Source of the DNA: an uncultured Acidobacteriota bacterium
GTDB taxonomy: Bacteria > Acidobacteriota > UBA6911
Direction: 5' to 3'
Length of the DNA: 64,000 nucleotides
Assembly: GCA_963843575.1 (NCBI GenBank)
Contig: CAWJKZ010000019.1
Coordinates: forward strand, 256,001-320,000
Shown here: positions 1 to 10,202 of the stretch, piece by piece
Position numbering within the stretch: position 1 is the stretch's first letter
Layout: each line of letters begins with the position of its first letter
Translations under genes and position numbers: made by a program
The notes under the pieces: generated by a model
What the model was told of the DNA's origin: nothing
What the model saw: the letters and a program-made list of their open reading frames with translations, nothing else
Databases searched by the model: none

Positions 1-1837
1 ATGCACCCGCATCCTTGCCGATCGCGTCCACGCCCGATCCGTCAACGTCCGGACGGCTCAGCACGTAATCGACGCTCCGCAGAACATCCTGGACTCGCAT
101 CCCGAAAAGGCAGCGGTTCATGTGCCAGGCCATGTATGCCGTGGCCGTTTCCACGCTGAACAGGTGCGAGAATCGGCTGCCCTGCAGGTCCTGACAGTGC
201 GGCGGGGCTGTGGCGCCCATGCCGCGCACGTCTACGGAGACCACGAGCCGCCCCAGTTGGGCCAGACGCTCGACGATCCCGAATTCCATCCCGTCCGCTA
301 CCTTGCCCGATTCCGAAGCGTAGAGGATGGCGCGGCCTGAAACTCGGCGCGCGGGCAGGAAAACCCAGGCTGGAACGTATATGCCGGGTTCCGACAGGAA
401 CTCCAGTTTCTCGACCACGTACCGTTTGCGCGGCGTGACACCCAGATGCCGCACGGCAAGCGGTTGATCCGAGGTTTGTGGTTCCAGCCGCAGCAGCGTC
501 TTGATCTGGCCGGCGATCTGTGTACGGAACGCTGCCCGTTCGTCGGCGTTACCGGGGACCCTGCGCGCGGGTGGGAGCGAGGCGCCCTGCCGCGCGATCA
601 GCGAGAAAATCGTCTGGCCCTGTCGCGCGTTCCGGATCGAGCCGTTCGGAGTCGAGTAGAGCGCCTCCGGTTTTCGGATCTCGAGATCGGGCTCGGCGGC
701 CGGGCCCGGGCGTCCGTAAAACCAGCGGCTGAACCAGTCCGTGGTCGCCAGCCTCAGCTTGACCGTGTATGCGTGCGGATCGTTCGCCTCGGCGGTTGCG
801 AAACGGTCTGCCGCGCCCAATTGCTCGTAGCGGCTCCGGATGTGGGCTGCGGCAGCGTTGAAGTCCGGCGTGTATTCCTCGATGAGGGCCAGCAGGGGGC
901 GGGGCGCGATGGCTGCGTGCAGGTCGCACCTGTCGATGCCGTATACGGCGGCAGGAAAAAGGTTCTGCTCGACGTCCGATGGTCCGACGCGGTCGGCTGG
1001 AGCGATCCTGACGGGCCAACGGTGGCTTGTGCCCCCCTCGTTGATCACCGCACACCTGACCCGCTGGTCCAGGGCGCTGATGAACATCGTCATCGTGCCG
1101 CCGCCGGAATGCCCGGCGCATCCGATCCTGGTGGCATCGACCTCCGGCCTCGTCAGCAGGTAGTCGATCGCGCGCATTCCGTCCCATATGCGGTAGTGCG
1201 TGAGGTCCTGTCCCATGAGCAGGAGCACCTGCCCCGGCATCGAGTGCTCGTAAATCGGGTCGGCAAGGTCCGGCGCCGCGCCCGTGGTATCACTGTACTG
1301 CCGCCGTTCGCCCTGGCCGATAGGATCGTACGCGAGGACGGCAAAGCCGTTCCCGACCAGGTCGAGGTAGAGGGCCTGGTAGTCGGGCTGCATGCGCGCC
1401 AGCACGTAGTGACCGCACGGTGAGATGATCCCGGGAAACGGCCCCCGGCCGGCAGGAACGTACACGTTTCCGCTGACCCAGAAATCCGGCCGGCTCTCGA
1501 ACAGGATGTTTTCGACGCGGTACCCACGCGACTCCGTGGTTCGAACCACCTTGGCTGCGAGCGGCGTCCGAGGCGGCAGGCCGTGAATCATGCCGAGGAA
1601 CTTCTCCCGGACAAACGCGTTGCGCCCCTCAATCTCGGCGGGCGTGTGGATGGCAGCCCGTTCCTGGTCCCAATTGGCAGCGAGTGTGTTCAGCCGATTT
1701 GACAGCCAGGCGAGCAGCATGTCCGGGTGATCCTGCGCGTACGACTGAATCTCGGCAGTCAGTGCGGGAGAACGGAGCCCAAAGCTCGACGGCAGCAATG
1801 CTCCGCGCTCGAGGAATTCCCGACGGCTCAGCTGCAT
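1..1837 (-). CDS. Tat-exported alpha/beta hydrolase, acetylxylan-esterase-like, two hydrolase domains; runs off the left edge
   Basis: Manual minus-strand translation from ATG 1837 (MQLSRREFL, twin-arginine; GGGGAG RBS) shows RVENILFESRP, SPCGH, YDPIGQGER, WDGMRAIDYL and GHSGGG nucleophile motifs, and MRVQDVLRSVDYV near base 1. Not in the ORF track because it has no stop in the window. Confidence 0.85.
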   Translation of the reverse strand, partial: MQLSRREFLERGALLPSSFGLRSPALTAEIQSYAQDHPDMLLAWLSNRLNTLAANWDQERAAIHTPAEIEGRNAFVREKFLGMIHGLPPRTPLAAKVVRTTESRGYRVENILFESRPDFWVSGNVYVPAGRGPFPGIISPCGHYVLARMQPDYQALYLDLVGNGFAVLAYDPIGQGERRQYSDTTGAAPDLADPIYEHSMPGQVLLLMGQDLTHYRIWDGMRAIDYLLTRPEVDATRIGCAGHSGGGTMTMFISALDQRVRCAVINEGGTSHRWPVRIAPADRVGPSDVEQNLFPAAVYGIDRCDLHAAIAPRPLLALIEEYTPDFNAAAAHIRSRYEQLGAADRFATAEANDPHAYTVKLRLATTDWFSRWFYGRPGPAAEPDLEIRKPEALYSTPNGSIRNARQGQTIFSLIARQGASLPPARRVPGNADERAAFRTQIAGQIKTLLRLEPQTSDQPLAVRHLGVTPRKRYVVEKLEFLSEPGIYVPAWVFLPARRVSGRAILYASESGKVADGMEFGIVERLAQLGRLVVSVDVRGMGATAPPHCQDLQGSRFSHLFSVETATAYMAWHMNRCLFGMRVQDVLRSVDYVLSRPDVDGSGVDAIGKDAGA

Positions 1838-1949
1838 CGCAGATCTCCCCGGATCGAGGCACTTTCACCATACTCCGAACCGCACGAACCGGTGAAGTCA
1901 ATTCAGTGTCTTGGCGGATCGGTTGGCTCGCCGAGCTCTGCCAGCGTTC

Positions 1950-2229
1950 ATCCGCGTCCGTCGCAGCCGAACTGGTCGGGCAGAGGGGTTCCGGAAACTG
2001 GATCCTGCACCTGGTGAATTTCGATATCGCCAGGCCGGTCGACAACGTTGTCGTGAACCTGCGCCTGCCAAAAGAAAGGGAACTGAAACAGGCGGTAATG
2101 GAGACTCCTGACGGTCTTGCGACTCAGGTACTCGAGGCCGCACAAACAGGGGGCGTGGCTTCCTTTCGGGTGCCCCGCCTGAGAGTCTACAGCATGGTGC
2201 GACTGACCTTTACCTCGCCACGATCGTAA
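1950..2229 (+). pseudogene. Orphan C-terminal beta-sandwich fragment of a glycoside-hydrolase-like protein
   Basis: 3' part of ORF 1684..2229 (ILHLVNFD...FRVPRLRVYSMV) resembles terminal all-beta domains of glycoside hydrolases; no convincing start. Confidence 0.4.
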
Positions 2230-2369
2230 TCGATCCCTTATTTCGCCAATCTCCACGGTTCAATATTCCTGAGCCGCAGGCATCTCACTCGGAAGAACCG
2301 CCCGAAGAATGGCACGCTCACCAAGCCCAATTGCGACGCTGCGACTCTGCGCAACCGTGGACCTCGTAG

Positions 2370-3221
2370 TCAATTGGGGAGCCGCGCCAGCTCCTTTGCG
2401 TAGAGGGGGTTTCCAGGGAATTCGCGCGCCAGGCCTTCCAGCAGATCCCTCGCCTTGCTCGGGGCGTTTTCGCGCATCGCCGCAAAGGCGAGGAGCAGAC
2501 GCGCATACGGCAGCAGGTAGTGTCCTTTTTCCGCGACCAACGTCAGTTGTTCGATCCCCTCCCGCTTGTCGGCCTTGGCGCCATACAGCCGCAGCATCCA
2601 GCGTACCGGGGCGGGACGCAGCCCGAGGAGATAGTTCTCGATGCCGAGGGCGAGGTATCCGTCGTAGTAGGAAGGGTGCAGCGAAAGCAGCTTTTCGCCG
2701 AGAATGCCGGCCTGTTTTATATAGGCGAGGGAAGCGAGGTAGCGCTTTTCAATCAGCCCCGAATAATCCGCTCTCATCCCGAGATTCATCATCCTGGCGA
2801 ACATAGCGTTGGCATCCCCGGGCGAGCGGCGGAGCACCGCGTCCGCGAGCTGGTCGCTTCTCGCCAGGGCGCGCTCGAAACCCTGCCTGGCTGCCGGGTC
2901 TGGAGCGCCGGTCTGCATCCTCTTGAACTTGTAGTCGTCGGTGAACAATTCCGAGCGCAGGATGCCCATCCGATCGAATTCGGAAAACAGGAAAGCCGCG
3001 GCGTCCGAACAGGGGCCCATCGGGTCGTTCGGATGCGAAGCTTCGTACGACCGGAAGCTCTGGTGCGCTTCGGCGAACTGCAGGTTGTACATCTGACGGT
3101 AGCCCGCATCGAGGGGCAAGCGCGGGGAGAGCGCGGTGGTATCTGCTCCGCCCGCCGCGGGGTAAGTACCTTGGGCCATTCCAATGAAGATGGAAAGCAG
3201 GATGATGTTTTGAAAATTCAT
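2370..3221 (-). CDS. Secreted helical-repeat (TPR-like) hypothetical protein
   Basis: ORF 2370..3350; likely start MNFQNIILLSIFIG (signal peptide); helical pattern ending LAREFPGNPLY. Confidence 0.7.
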   Translation of the reverse strand: MNFQNIILLSIFIGMAQGTYPAAGGADTTALSPRLPLDAGYRQMYNLQFAEAHQSFRSYEASHPNDPMGPCSDAAAFLFSEFDRMGILRSELFTDDYKFKRMQTGAPDPAARQGFERALARSDQLADAVLRRSPGDANAMFARMMNLGMRADYSGLIEKRYLASLAYIKQAGILGEKLLSLHPSYYDGYLALGIENYLLGLRPAPVRWMLRLYGAKADKREGIEQLTLVAEKGHYLLPYARLLLAFAAMRENAPSKARDLLEGLAREFPGNPLYAKELARLPN

Positions 3222-3519
3222 CAGAGTCGGTTGATCAGGGGCGGAAATTACCGTGGCCGCCTCCCATCGTCCTCGACGTCGTGCTGCACCGATGACGAAT
3301 TCATCGAAGAGCGGAGGACTCATCTTGCGGACCATGTTACCGCATATCACTGTTCCCGGAGAAGTTGCGTCAAGAGCATCTGGCCGAAACGTTCGTCAGT
3401 CCACCTCTTGGGCATCAGAGTGAAAATTATGGCAGAAAAGTTCACGGTGGCTTTGATCCCGGCCCACGTCCCAGGCAGTCGCTTCGCCCCACGGAACGTC
3501 GTGGGGTGAAAAAGACTCG

Positions 3520-4770
3520 GTGACATCGCTGCTTGTGGGTATGATTCTGCCCTGCGGCATTCTCGCGTTTTGCCCAGGCGTCTTCAGTGGGGGGAACCAG
3601 GTGCCCATTTCGAATCGTAGGGTCGCGTGTTGGATGACGGTCGTTCTGTTCCTGCTCACGCAGCCCGGGTGGGCAGGCCAGAGGCCGAAGAACATCATTT
3701 TGTTGATCGGGGACGGCATGGGAGTCGGGCACGTAACGCTGGCACGGCTCGCTGCCCAAGCCGATGGCAAGACTCTGATGATGGACACCATGAAAACTGC
3801 AGGCCTGGTCCAGACGCGCTCGGCCGATTCCATAATGCCGGATTCTGCGGCAGCGGGCACGGCGCTCGCGACCGGCTGGAAGACCAATAACGACATGGTC
3901 AGTGTGCTGCCCGATACCAGCAACACGAGCGTCGCCAGCATCCTGGAGGTTGCACAGGACCTGAAGAAGTCCACGGGGCTGATTACGGACACGGACATTG
4001 TGGACGCCACCCCCGCAGTCTTCGCAGCCCATGCCAGGTCGCGCGAGGAGTTGCCCGAGATCGCCGGTAAAATTCTGCGGCAAAAGGTGGATGTGTTGCT
4101 GGGGGGTGGCCGGGCTTTTTTCATACCCCAATCCCGGACGGGCAGCATGAGGAAGGACGAGACGGATCTTCTTGCGCGCGCGGCGCAAGAAGGGTACGCG
4201 GTGGTTGGAACCCGGGGCGAACTCGAGCAAGAGCGATCGGGGAAGGTCATCGGCTTATTCAACCTGAGAGCCCTCGCTGCCGGGGCGTCCGAACCCTCCC
4301 TGGCAGAGCTTGCCGATAAAGCCATCCAGCTACTGTCCCGAAATCGGCGGGGATTCTTCCTGATGGTCGAAGGGGACCATATCGACGAGAAAGCGCACGC
4401 CCACGACGCCGCAGGGGTGATTCAGCAACTCCGCGAATTTGACGCGGCGGTGGGAGTGGCGCTTGCGTTTGCGCGGAGCCGGAAGGACACGCTGGTCGTC
4501 GTGGTCGCAGACCATGAGACCGGCGGGCTCGTCGTACTGCCGCCAGCCCAGGGAAGCCCGAAGGCATGGTCGGTCGCCTGGTCCACCGACGATCATTCCG
4601 GCAACAACGTGCTCCTGCTCGCCGACGGGCCAGGCGCCTCGGAATTTGGCGGCGTCCGGGACAACACCGAGATTCCCAAGACTATGGCGAGGTTGTGGAG
4701 GGTAAGGGGCTTCCCACGAAAGATGTCGCCGCCGCCACACGCCGCAGCGTCGCAGGGGACCACCTCATAA
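3520..4770 (+). CDS. phoA: Alkaline phosphatase (PhoA family)
   Basis: KNIILLIGDGMG, PDSAAAGTALATG (catalytic Ser), DATPA, FFLMVEG, ADHETGG; true start probably near 3601-3634. Confidence 0.9.
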   Translation: MTSLLVGMILPCGILAFCPGVFSGGNQVPISNRRVACWMTVVLFLLTQPGWAGQRPKNIILLIGDGMGVGHVTLARLAAQADGKTLMMDTMKTAGLVQTRSADSIMPDSAAAGTALATGWKTNNDMVSVLPDTSNTSVASILEVAQDLKKSTGLITDTDIVDATPAVFAAHARSREELPEIAGKILRQKVDVLLGGGRAFFIPQSRTGSMRKDETDLLARAAQEGYAVVGTRGELEQERSGKVIGLFNLRALAAGASEPSLAELADKAIQLLSRNRRGFFLMVEGDHIDEKAHAHDAAGVIQQLREFDAAVGVALAFARSRKDTLVVVVADHETGGLVVLPPAQGSPKAWSVAWSTDDHSGNNVLLLADGPGASEFGGVRDNTEIPKTMARLWRVRGFPRKMSPPPHAAASQGTTS

Positions 4771-4889
4771 TTTCGCCGGCGCCAAGGCGCCGGGCATTTC
4801 GGCTCATATCGCAAGTCGTAAGCGGCGCCGAGGCGCCGCCACACGGCCGCAGGGGCACACTCGCGGTACGATCGATTGGCGGAGAGGCC

Positions 4890-6350
4890 ATGGAACCGAT
4901 TCGCGTGCTGTCTGATTTGCAGATGGAGCTGATTGACGATGCAGCCGGGGCAATCCTCGAGAAGACCGGGATGATCATGAGATCGGCTGAGGCCCTGGAC
5001 TACCTCGAACGGTTCGGCTGCAGGGTCGATCGCGCGAGCTTCCTCGTCCGGTTTCCGCGGGAACTGACGCGGAGGATGGTGGAAAAAATGCGCCGGGACT
5101 ACACGCAGCCGGATCGGCCCGAGAGGATGAATGTCCGTTTCAGCCACGTTCGCTTCCGGAAGACTCCTCACCAGGTGCATCCCGATTTCACCGTCTCGGC
5201 CGGCGGGTTCGTGCCCTTCATCTTCGACCTCGAGGGCGTGCGCCGCCAGGGCAACCGGCACGATGTTCTCTGCTCGATCAACATGGTGAATCATCTGAAA
5301 CACATCGACCTGACCGGGCTCCCGGTTTCCGACCAGACGATTCCTGCCCCTTACCGCCCCGTCGCGATGGCGGCCGAGTTGGTCAAATACACGCGCAAGA
5401 TCGGCGGCATAGAAACGTTTCGCAAGGAAGACGTGCCGTTCATGATGGAGATCGGGCGGATTGTGGCAGGGCCGGATTCCGAGTTCCGCCGCTGCCCGGT
5501 TGTGGTCGGATACGCCGAGACGCGATCGCCGCTTTGTTTCGACGAAAACATGATCGGTATCTTCCTCTCGTATGTGAAACTTGGCGTACCCCAGACCGTC
5601 GACTGCATGCCATGCGGCGGGACGACAGCGCCTGTTACCGCGGCGGGAGTCCTGGCTCTTGGGGCGGCCGAGACTATCGGTGCGATGACGTTGGCCTATG
5701 CGGTTCGTGAGGACGCCGTCGTCGGCCTGGACATCACTCCATCCTTCGCCGACATGACCAGCGGCAACTTCAAGTACGGCGGCGCCGACCGGTGCAATCT
5801 TCTTATGGCCCGGATTCAGCTCCTCTCGGAATATTACGGCTGCGCTGCCGGCGTCCATGGCGGCAAAACGGACAGCTGCTTTTTCAACGAGCAGACGGGT
5901 ATCGAGAAGGCCGCCACGTTGCTAACGGCGGTCCTGGCAGGCGCGATAGGGGTCGGGACAGTCGGGCATATCGAGAATGCCGTGACATTCAGCCCTGTGC
6001 AACTGGTGATCGACAACGAGATCGCCTCGTACGTCCGGAGGGCCATACGCAGCCCCATCGAAATCACCCCGGAAACTCTGGCCGTCGACCTGATCCACGT
6101 GGTCGGACCGGGGGGGAATTTCCTCAACGCGATGCACACAGCCGAGCATTTCCGAGGCGAGTTGCACCTTTCGCCGCTGTTCCCGGCCCGAGCCTGGGAT
6201 TCAATCCAGCGAAATCGCGCTGCGTTCGACACCGCTGAAAGGGCTGCTCAGATCGCGCGCGAACTTTGGCGACCGGCCTGCGAACCGGTGCTGACGGACG
6301 ACCAGGTTCGTGCTCTGGACGATGTAGTGCGGCGGTCGCAGGCAGGCTGA
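4890..6350 (+). CDS. Trimethylamine methyltransferase (MttB) family protein, no in-frame amber codon
   Basis: ATG 4890 with GGAGAGG RBS; SPL, GGTTAPVTAAG, ADMTSG, QLVIDNEI, VGPGGNFL motifs typical of the MttB superfamily. Confidence 0.85.
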   Translation: MEPIRVLSDLQMELIDDAAGAILEKTGMIMRSAEALDYLERFGCRVDRASFLVRFPRELTRRMVEKMRRDYTQPDRPERMNVRFSHVRFRKTPHQVHPDFTVSAGGFVPFIFDLEGVRRQGNRHDVLCSINMVNHLKHIDLTGLPVSDQTIPAPYRPVAMAAELVKYTRKIGGIETFRKEDVPFMMEIGRIVAGPDSEFRRCPVVVGYAETRSPLCFDENMIGIFLSYVKLGVPQTVDCMPCGGTTAPVTAAGVLALGAAETIGAMTLAYAVREDAVVGLDITPSFADMTSGNFKYGGADRCNLLMARIQLLSEYYGCAAGVHGGKTDSCFFNEQTGIEKAATLLTAVLAGAIGVGTVGHIENAVTFSPVQLVIDNEIASYVRRAIRSPIEITPETLAVDLIHVVGPGGNFLNAMHTAEHFRGELHLSPLFPARAWDSIQRNRAAFDTAERAAQIARELWRPACEPVLTDDQVRALDDVVRRSQAG

Positions 6351-6448
6351 AAACAACATCAAATCCCATCCGCGACGGATTTCGTGCCGCAACCCTCAAT
6401 CGGTTTGCGGCTCCGGCCGCGCCGTGCGTGGCGTGGCTGCTCGTCCTC

Positions 6449-7805
6449 TCAGCCTGGGATCGAGTTCAGCTTGTCGCGGTTTTCGTAGACCTTTTGGAAG
6501 GCGTTGATGATGTCGTCCATGTTCTCCTTGGGGGCGGTCAGGGGCCCGGAAGCCCAGATCATCGCCATCTCCTGGCAGACCAGGTCGCATTTGGGGCACT
6601 GCATCTCTTCGCGATACCTCTTGAGCCGCGCCGCGGAAAACATCTTCTGGTAGACCTTCGAACCCAGGATGTGGTCCACCCAGGGCTCCTTGTGCAGCCC
6701 GTGCTTTATGTACCCGTCGAGCGAGATGCCTTCCGCGGCGATAGCCTTCAGGAACTTGCTCCGGTCGACGCCGTTGAAGTGCTCTTTCTTGTAGCTCATC
6801 GCGTAGATGTAGAAGGAGCCGCTCTCGGTGCCGGGGTACAGTTTCTGGGGCACGAGGCCGGGGATGTCTTTGAGCCCGGCGGTCAGACGCCTGGCATTTT
6901 CGTTGCGCAGCACGTGGCGCGCCACGACGCCCGGCAGTTGGCCGAGCAGCAGGGCCGCCTCCAACTCGTTCATGCGGTATTTCGGGCCGGCCACCTCCGT
7001 GAATCCCCGGCGCGAGGTGCCGTGGTTGTGGACGGTGTAGCACCTGTCCATCAGCGCTTCGTCGTTTCCGATGATGGCCCCGCCCTCGCCGCACGCGAGG
7101 GTCTTGCTCGACTGGAAGCTGAAGCACCCGCAATCGCCGATCGTCCCGAGCGTCCTGCCCCTGTGGATCGGCGAGGTGCGCCTGGCAGGCGTCCTCGATC
7201 ACCTTGAGGTTGTGCTTTTTGGCAATCGCCATGATCCGGTCCATGTCGCAGGGCTGGCCCATCATGTGAACCGGCATGATGGCCCGGGTGTTTTCGGTGA
7301 TTCTCCGTTCGACGTCGTCCGGATCGAGCTGATAGGAGGCGGGATCCAGGTCGGCCAGCACCGGGAGCGCCCGGCTGGACAGGATCGAGGCGATGGTGCC
7401 CGGATCCGTGTAGGGCGAGGTGATGACTTCGTCGCCCGGGCCGATGCCCAGGGCCTCCACGCAGGTGTGAAGCGCCTGGGTTCCGGCGCCCGTGGCGACG
7501 CAGAAATTTGCCCCCGTCAATTGGGCGTATTTCTTTTCAAACGTGGGCACAGTGCCCGATTCGGACTGGATTCGGCACCAGATCCTGCTCTTGGTGGTGT
7601 CGACGATGGATTTGACGACATTCTCGTCCCAGTAGGGCCATTCCGGCCACTTCTTGTTTTGCCTGACCGGCGTGCCGCCGAGGATAGCCAGCTTGCCTCC
7701 ATCGCCGCTGACGAATCCGTAGCCAGGAACACCTGCCGAGATTGCAACAGAGCCCGCCGAGGCCGTAGTGATGAACTGCCGCCGCGTCAACTGATTCTTG
7801 TCCAT
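6449..7805 (-). CDS. DegT/DnrJ/EryC1/StrS PLP-dependent aminotransferase with Tat signal; frameshift near 7170
   Basis: MDKNQLTRRQFI; GIGPGDEVI, IMPVH, IEDACQAH in one frame and GCFSFQSSK...GEGG continuing into ORF 6449..7051 in another. Confidence 0.85.
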
Positions 7806-8045
7806 TTCCCTGTCCCCCCAGTATTTGCCACGGCCCAAAATACCACTTACCCCCCATCCGCGCAGCTTATTGTGCCAGGAGCACGCTTTTGGGGACGCGG
7901 ATGGCCGCGGATAGGCTGTCGGCTTCGGGCTCCCGGCTTCTGTCTTGCGGCCTCGGTCTCTTCAACTTGTCGTTGTACTCCCGGATGGAAATGCCTATAA
8001 GTCGAAGGAGGGTGGAGCGATCCTGGCGTAATCCGCGGAGGGCAA

Positions 8046-8315
8046 ATGCGCTTTCTGATTGGCACGCTGCTCGCGGTCGTCTGTGCGGTTCCGCATGTGA
8101 GTCCCCAGATCGCCCCTGCCCGGGATGCAGCGGGGCAACGCGACGCGCAGGCGGAAAGGGCCCGGCGGCTGTCCGTGTCGTACTATGCTCAGGCGCTCGC
8201 TCATGCCCCGGCGGCATGGAAGGAGACCATTGACGTGAAGCACCGGCGGTCGGTAATGCAGGGCGGCGATCCCAAGTTGATCGACGCTCTGGGATGGCAC
8301 TTCTGTGCCGACTGA
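8046..8315 (+). CDS. Short exported hypothetical protein or gene fragment
   Basis: 89-aa ORF with GGAGG RBS and signal-peptide-like N-terminus. Confidence 0.4.
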   Translation: MRFLIGTLLAVVCAVPHVSPQIAPARDAAGQRDAQAERARRLSVSYYAQALAHAPAAWKETIDVKHRRSVMQGGDPKLIDALGWHFCAD

Positions 8316-8320
8316 TTGGG

Positions 8321-8362
8321 CGAAGCAAGAAGCCAGGAGCAGGAAGCCAGGGCAGGAAGCCA
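8321..8362 (+). repeat. Degenerate short tandem repeat (GAAGCCA/GGAGCCA-type units)
   Basis: gaagcaagaagccaggagcaggaagccagggcaggaagccag; similar tract at 47863. Confidence 0.5.
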
Positions 8363-8707
8363 GTTCCGCTTTGAGGATGCAACATATCGGCGTGATTTGG
8401 GGACGTAGCCTTCAGGTATGCTGGACTGGAGGGAGGGACCGGGCGCACTGAGGAACCGGTCGGTACGCTTCCGGTTCAACCTCTCCAACGGGAGACTCTA
8501 TTCCTTCCGAGTGGACTGACGGCGCAGGGTGCAGCGGCAAGCGAACCGGAACCGCTCTGCGTCGAGCTGAAGGTCCGAGAGCGTCTCCCATCCGGGTCGC
8601 GTCGATGAAGGGCTCCTCGGCCTGCTCTGCCAATAGGCTCCTGCCCGCGACTAGGCGAGCCGTGAATACGCGACGGATTTGAACCGCAGTTCGCCGGCAC
8701 CTTCTGT

Positions 8708-10099
8708 TTATATGAACTGAGGCGTTTCTCTCAGGCTCTTCTGGTCCCGGTCCTCGAGATTGAGGTTCACGCCATCGATGCGCAGCCTGGCCTGGACTTC
8801 GCCTGCCGGCAGTTCGCGCGGCACGATCCCCTTTTTCGCGGCCAGCGCGGCTGCGACACCCGCGGCATGGCCCGTGGCCATGCAGTTGCCTATGGCCTTA
8901 CCCGCCCCCGCAGCGACGTGAGTCGTGGAGATGCAGCGCCCGCCCACGAGGAGCCCGTCGAGCTTCTCCGGTATCAGTGCCCGGTAGGGAACGTCGTGGA
9001 TCTTCATCCGGTAGTTTTCGATGTCCTTGATCCCCCCCTGGTCGACGAACCCGGAGCGCCACGCGACGGCGTCGTCGAAGACCCGCCCGGCGAGTGCGTC
9101 CTGCTCGGTGATGACATAGACGCCCTTGACGCGGCGGGTTTCGCGCACGCCCACCTGCGGCCCGGCGGCAACCAATTCGATGCTGTTGAGGCCCGTATTG
9201 CCGGACTCGCGCAGCGCCTGCACCATCTGCAGCACCTGCCGCCGGCTGGTGCACTCGGCTTTCGTACGTTCAACCGGATCGGTCGCGTCCACCCTGCCCA
9301 TGTCCGAAGTGCCGGCGTGATTGATCCACCAGCTGTGGCTGTTGGCGATCGGCAGCATTTCCATGAATCCGGAGGTGATCAGCGGGTACCTGGCTTTCCC
9401 GCGCTGGATCGTAGCCAGAATCTCTTCGGCTCGAACCTTCGTCGTATCGATATTGGACAGGGCCAGCCCCAGGGTGACGGGCATGAGTTCTTTGGGGTCC
9501 ATCATGGTCTCCGCCCCCGCGTAGAACGCCACGTCCGCATCTCCGGTGCAGTCCACCACGGCCTTGGCCCGGAGCGCCATCAACCCGCGTTTCGTGCCGA
9601 TGACCACGCCGGTCACGCGGTTGCCTTCGACAATCGTGTCCACCGCGCGCACGTGGACCAGGTACCTGGCGCCGACCTCGTCGAGGGCGTCGAGAACCGC
9701 AACCTTGAGGTATTCCACGTTGGTCAGCAGCCCGTGCACGCTGAGTTTTACCGCCTGGTCGCCCATGGCCTGGAGTTTCCGGACCAGCAGTTCGTGCACC
9801 TGCGAACGCGGTTTGCCTTCGGGCCGTATGTGGTTCAGCGGCATCCCTACCTGCCAGGCCCCGATCCCGCCGAAAAAGGAGTGGTTTTCGATAAGGAGGG
9901 TGTTGGCGCCGGCACGGGCGGCACCCAGCGCGGCTCCGATGCCCGCGGGTCCTCCGCCCACCACCAGGACCTCCGTAGTGTCCAGCGTCGGGTATCGTGA
10001 GCCCGCGACCACCTTCTGCGAAGAGGTTTTCGCCGACAGCGACGCCATGCCACCAGTAACGATAAGCTGGCGCCTCGAAATATTCCGCTGTTTCCCCAC
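8708..10099 (-). CDS. FAD-dependent oxidoreductase (FAD_oxidored family) with Tat-like signal
   Basis: SRRQL signal; VVGGGPAG dinucleotide motif; VDCTGDAD, VRETRRV, PYRALIP, LLVGGRCIS. Confidence 0.9.
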   Translation of the reverse strand: MGKQRNISRRQLIVTGGMASLSAKTSSQKVVAGSRYPTLDTTEVLVVGGGPAGIGAALGAARAGANTLLIENHSFFGGIGAWQVGMPLNHIRPEGKPRSQVHELLVRKLQAMGDQAVKLSVHGLLTNVEYLKVAVLDALDEVGARYLVHVRAVDTIVEGNRVTGVVIGTKRGLMALRAKAVVDCTGDADVAFYAGAETMMDPKELMPVTLGLALSNIDTTKVRAEEILATIQRGKARYPLITSGFMEMLPIANSHSWWINHAGTSDMGRVDATDPVERTKAECTSRRQVLQMVQALRESGNTGLNSIELVAAGPQVGVRETRRVKGVYVITEQDALAGRVFDDAVAWRSGFVDQGGIKDIENYRMKIHDVPYRALIPEKLDGLLVGGRCISTTHVAAGAGKAIGNCMATGHAAGVAAALAAKKGIVPRELPAGEVQARLRIDGVNLNLEDRDQKSLRETPQFI

Positions 10100-10202
10100 G
10101 ATTCCCTCCCCGCAGCGATGGATTACACGGGTTTGCTGCGACGGTGTCCATCCTACACCGTCTGCTGCCCCGGTTCCCGCGAATTGGTGCTATGCTAGCT
10201 CC

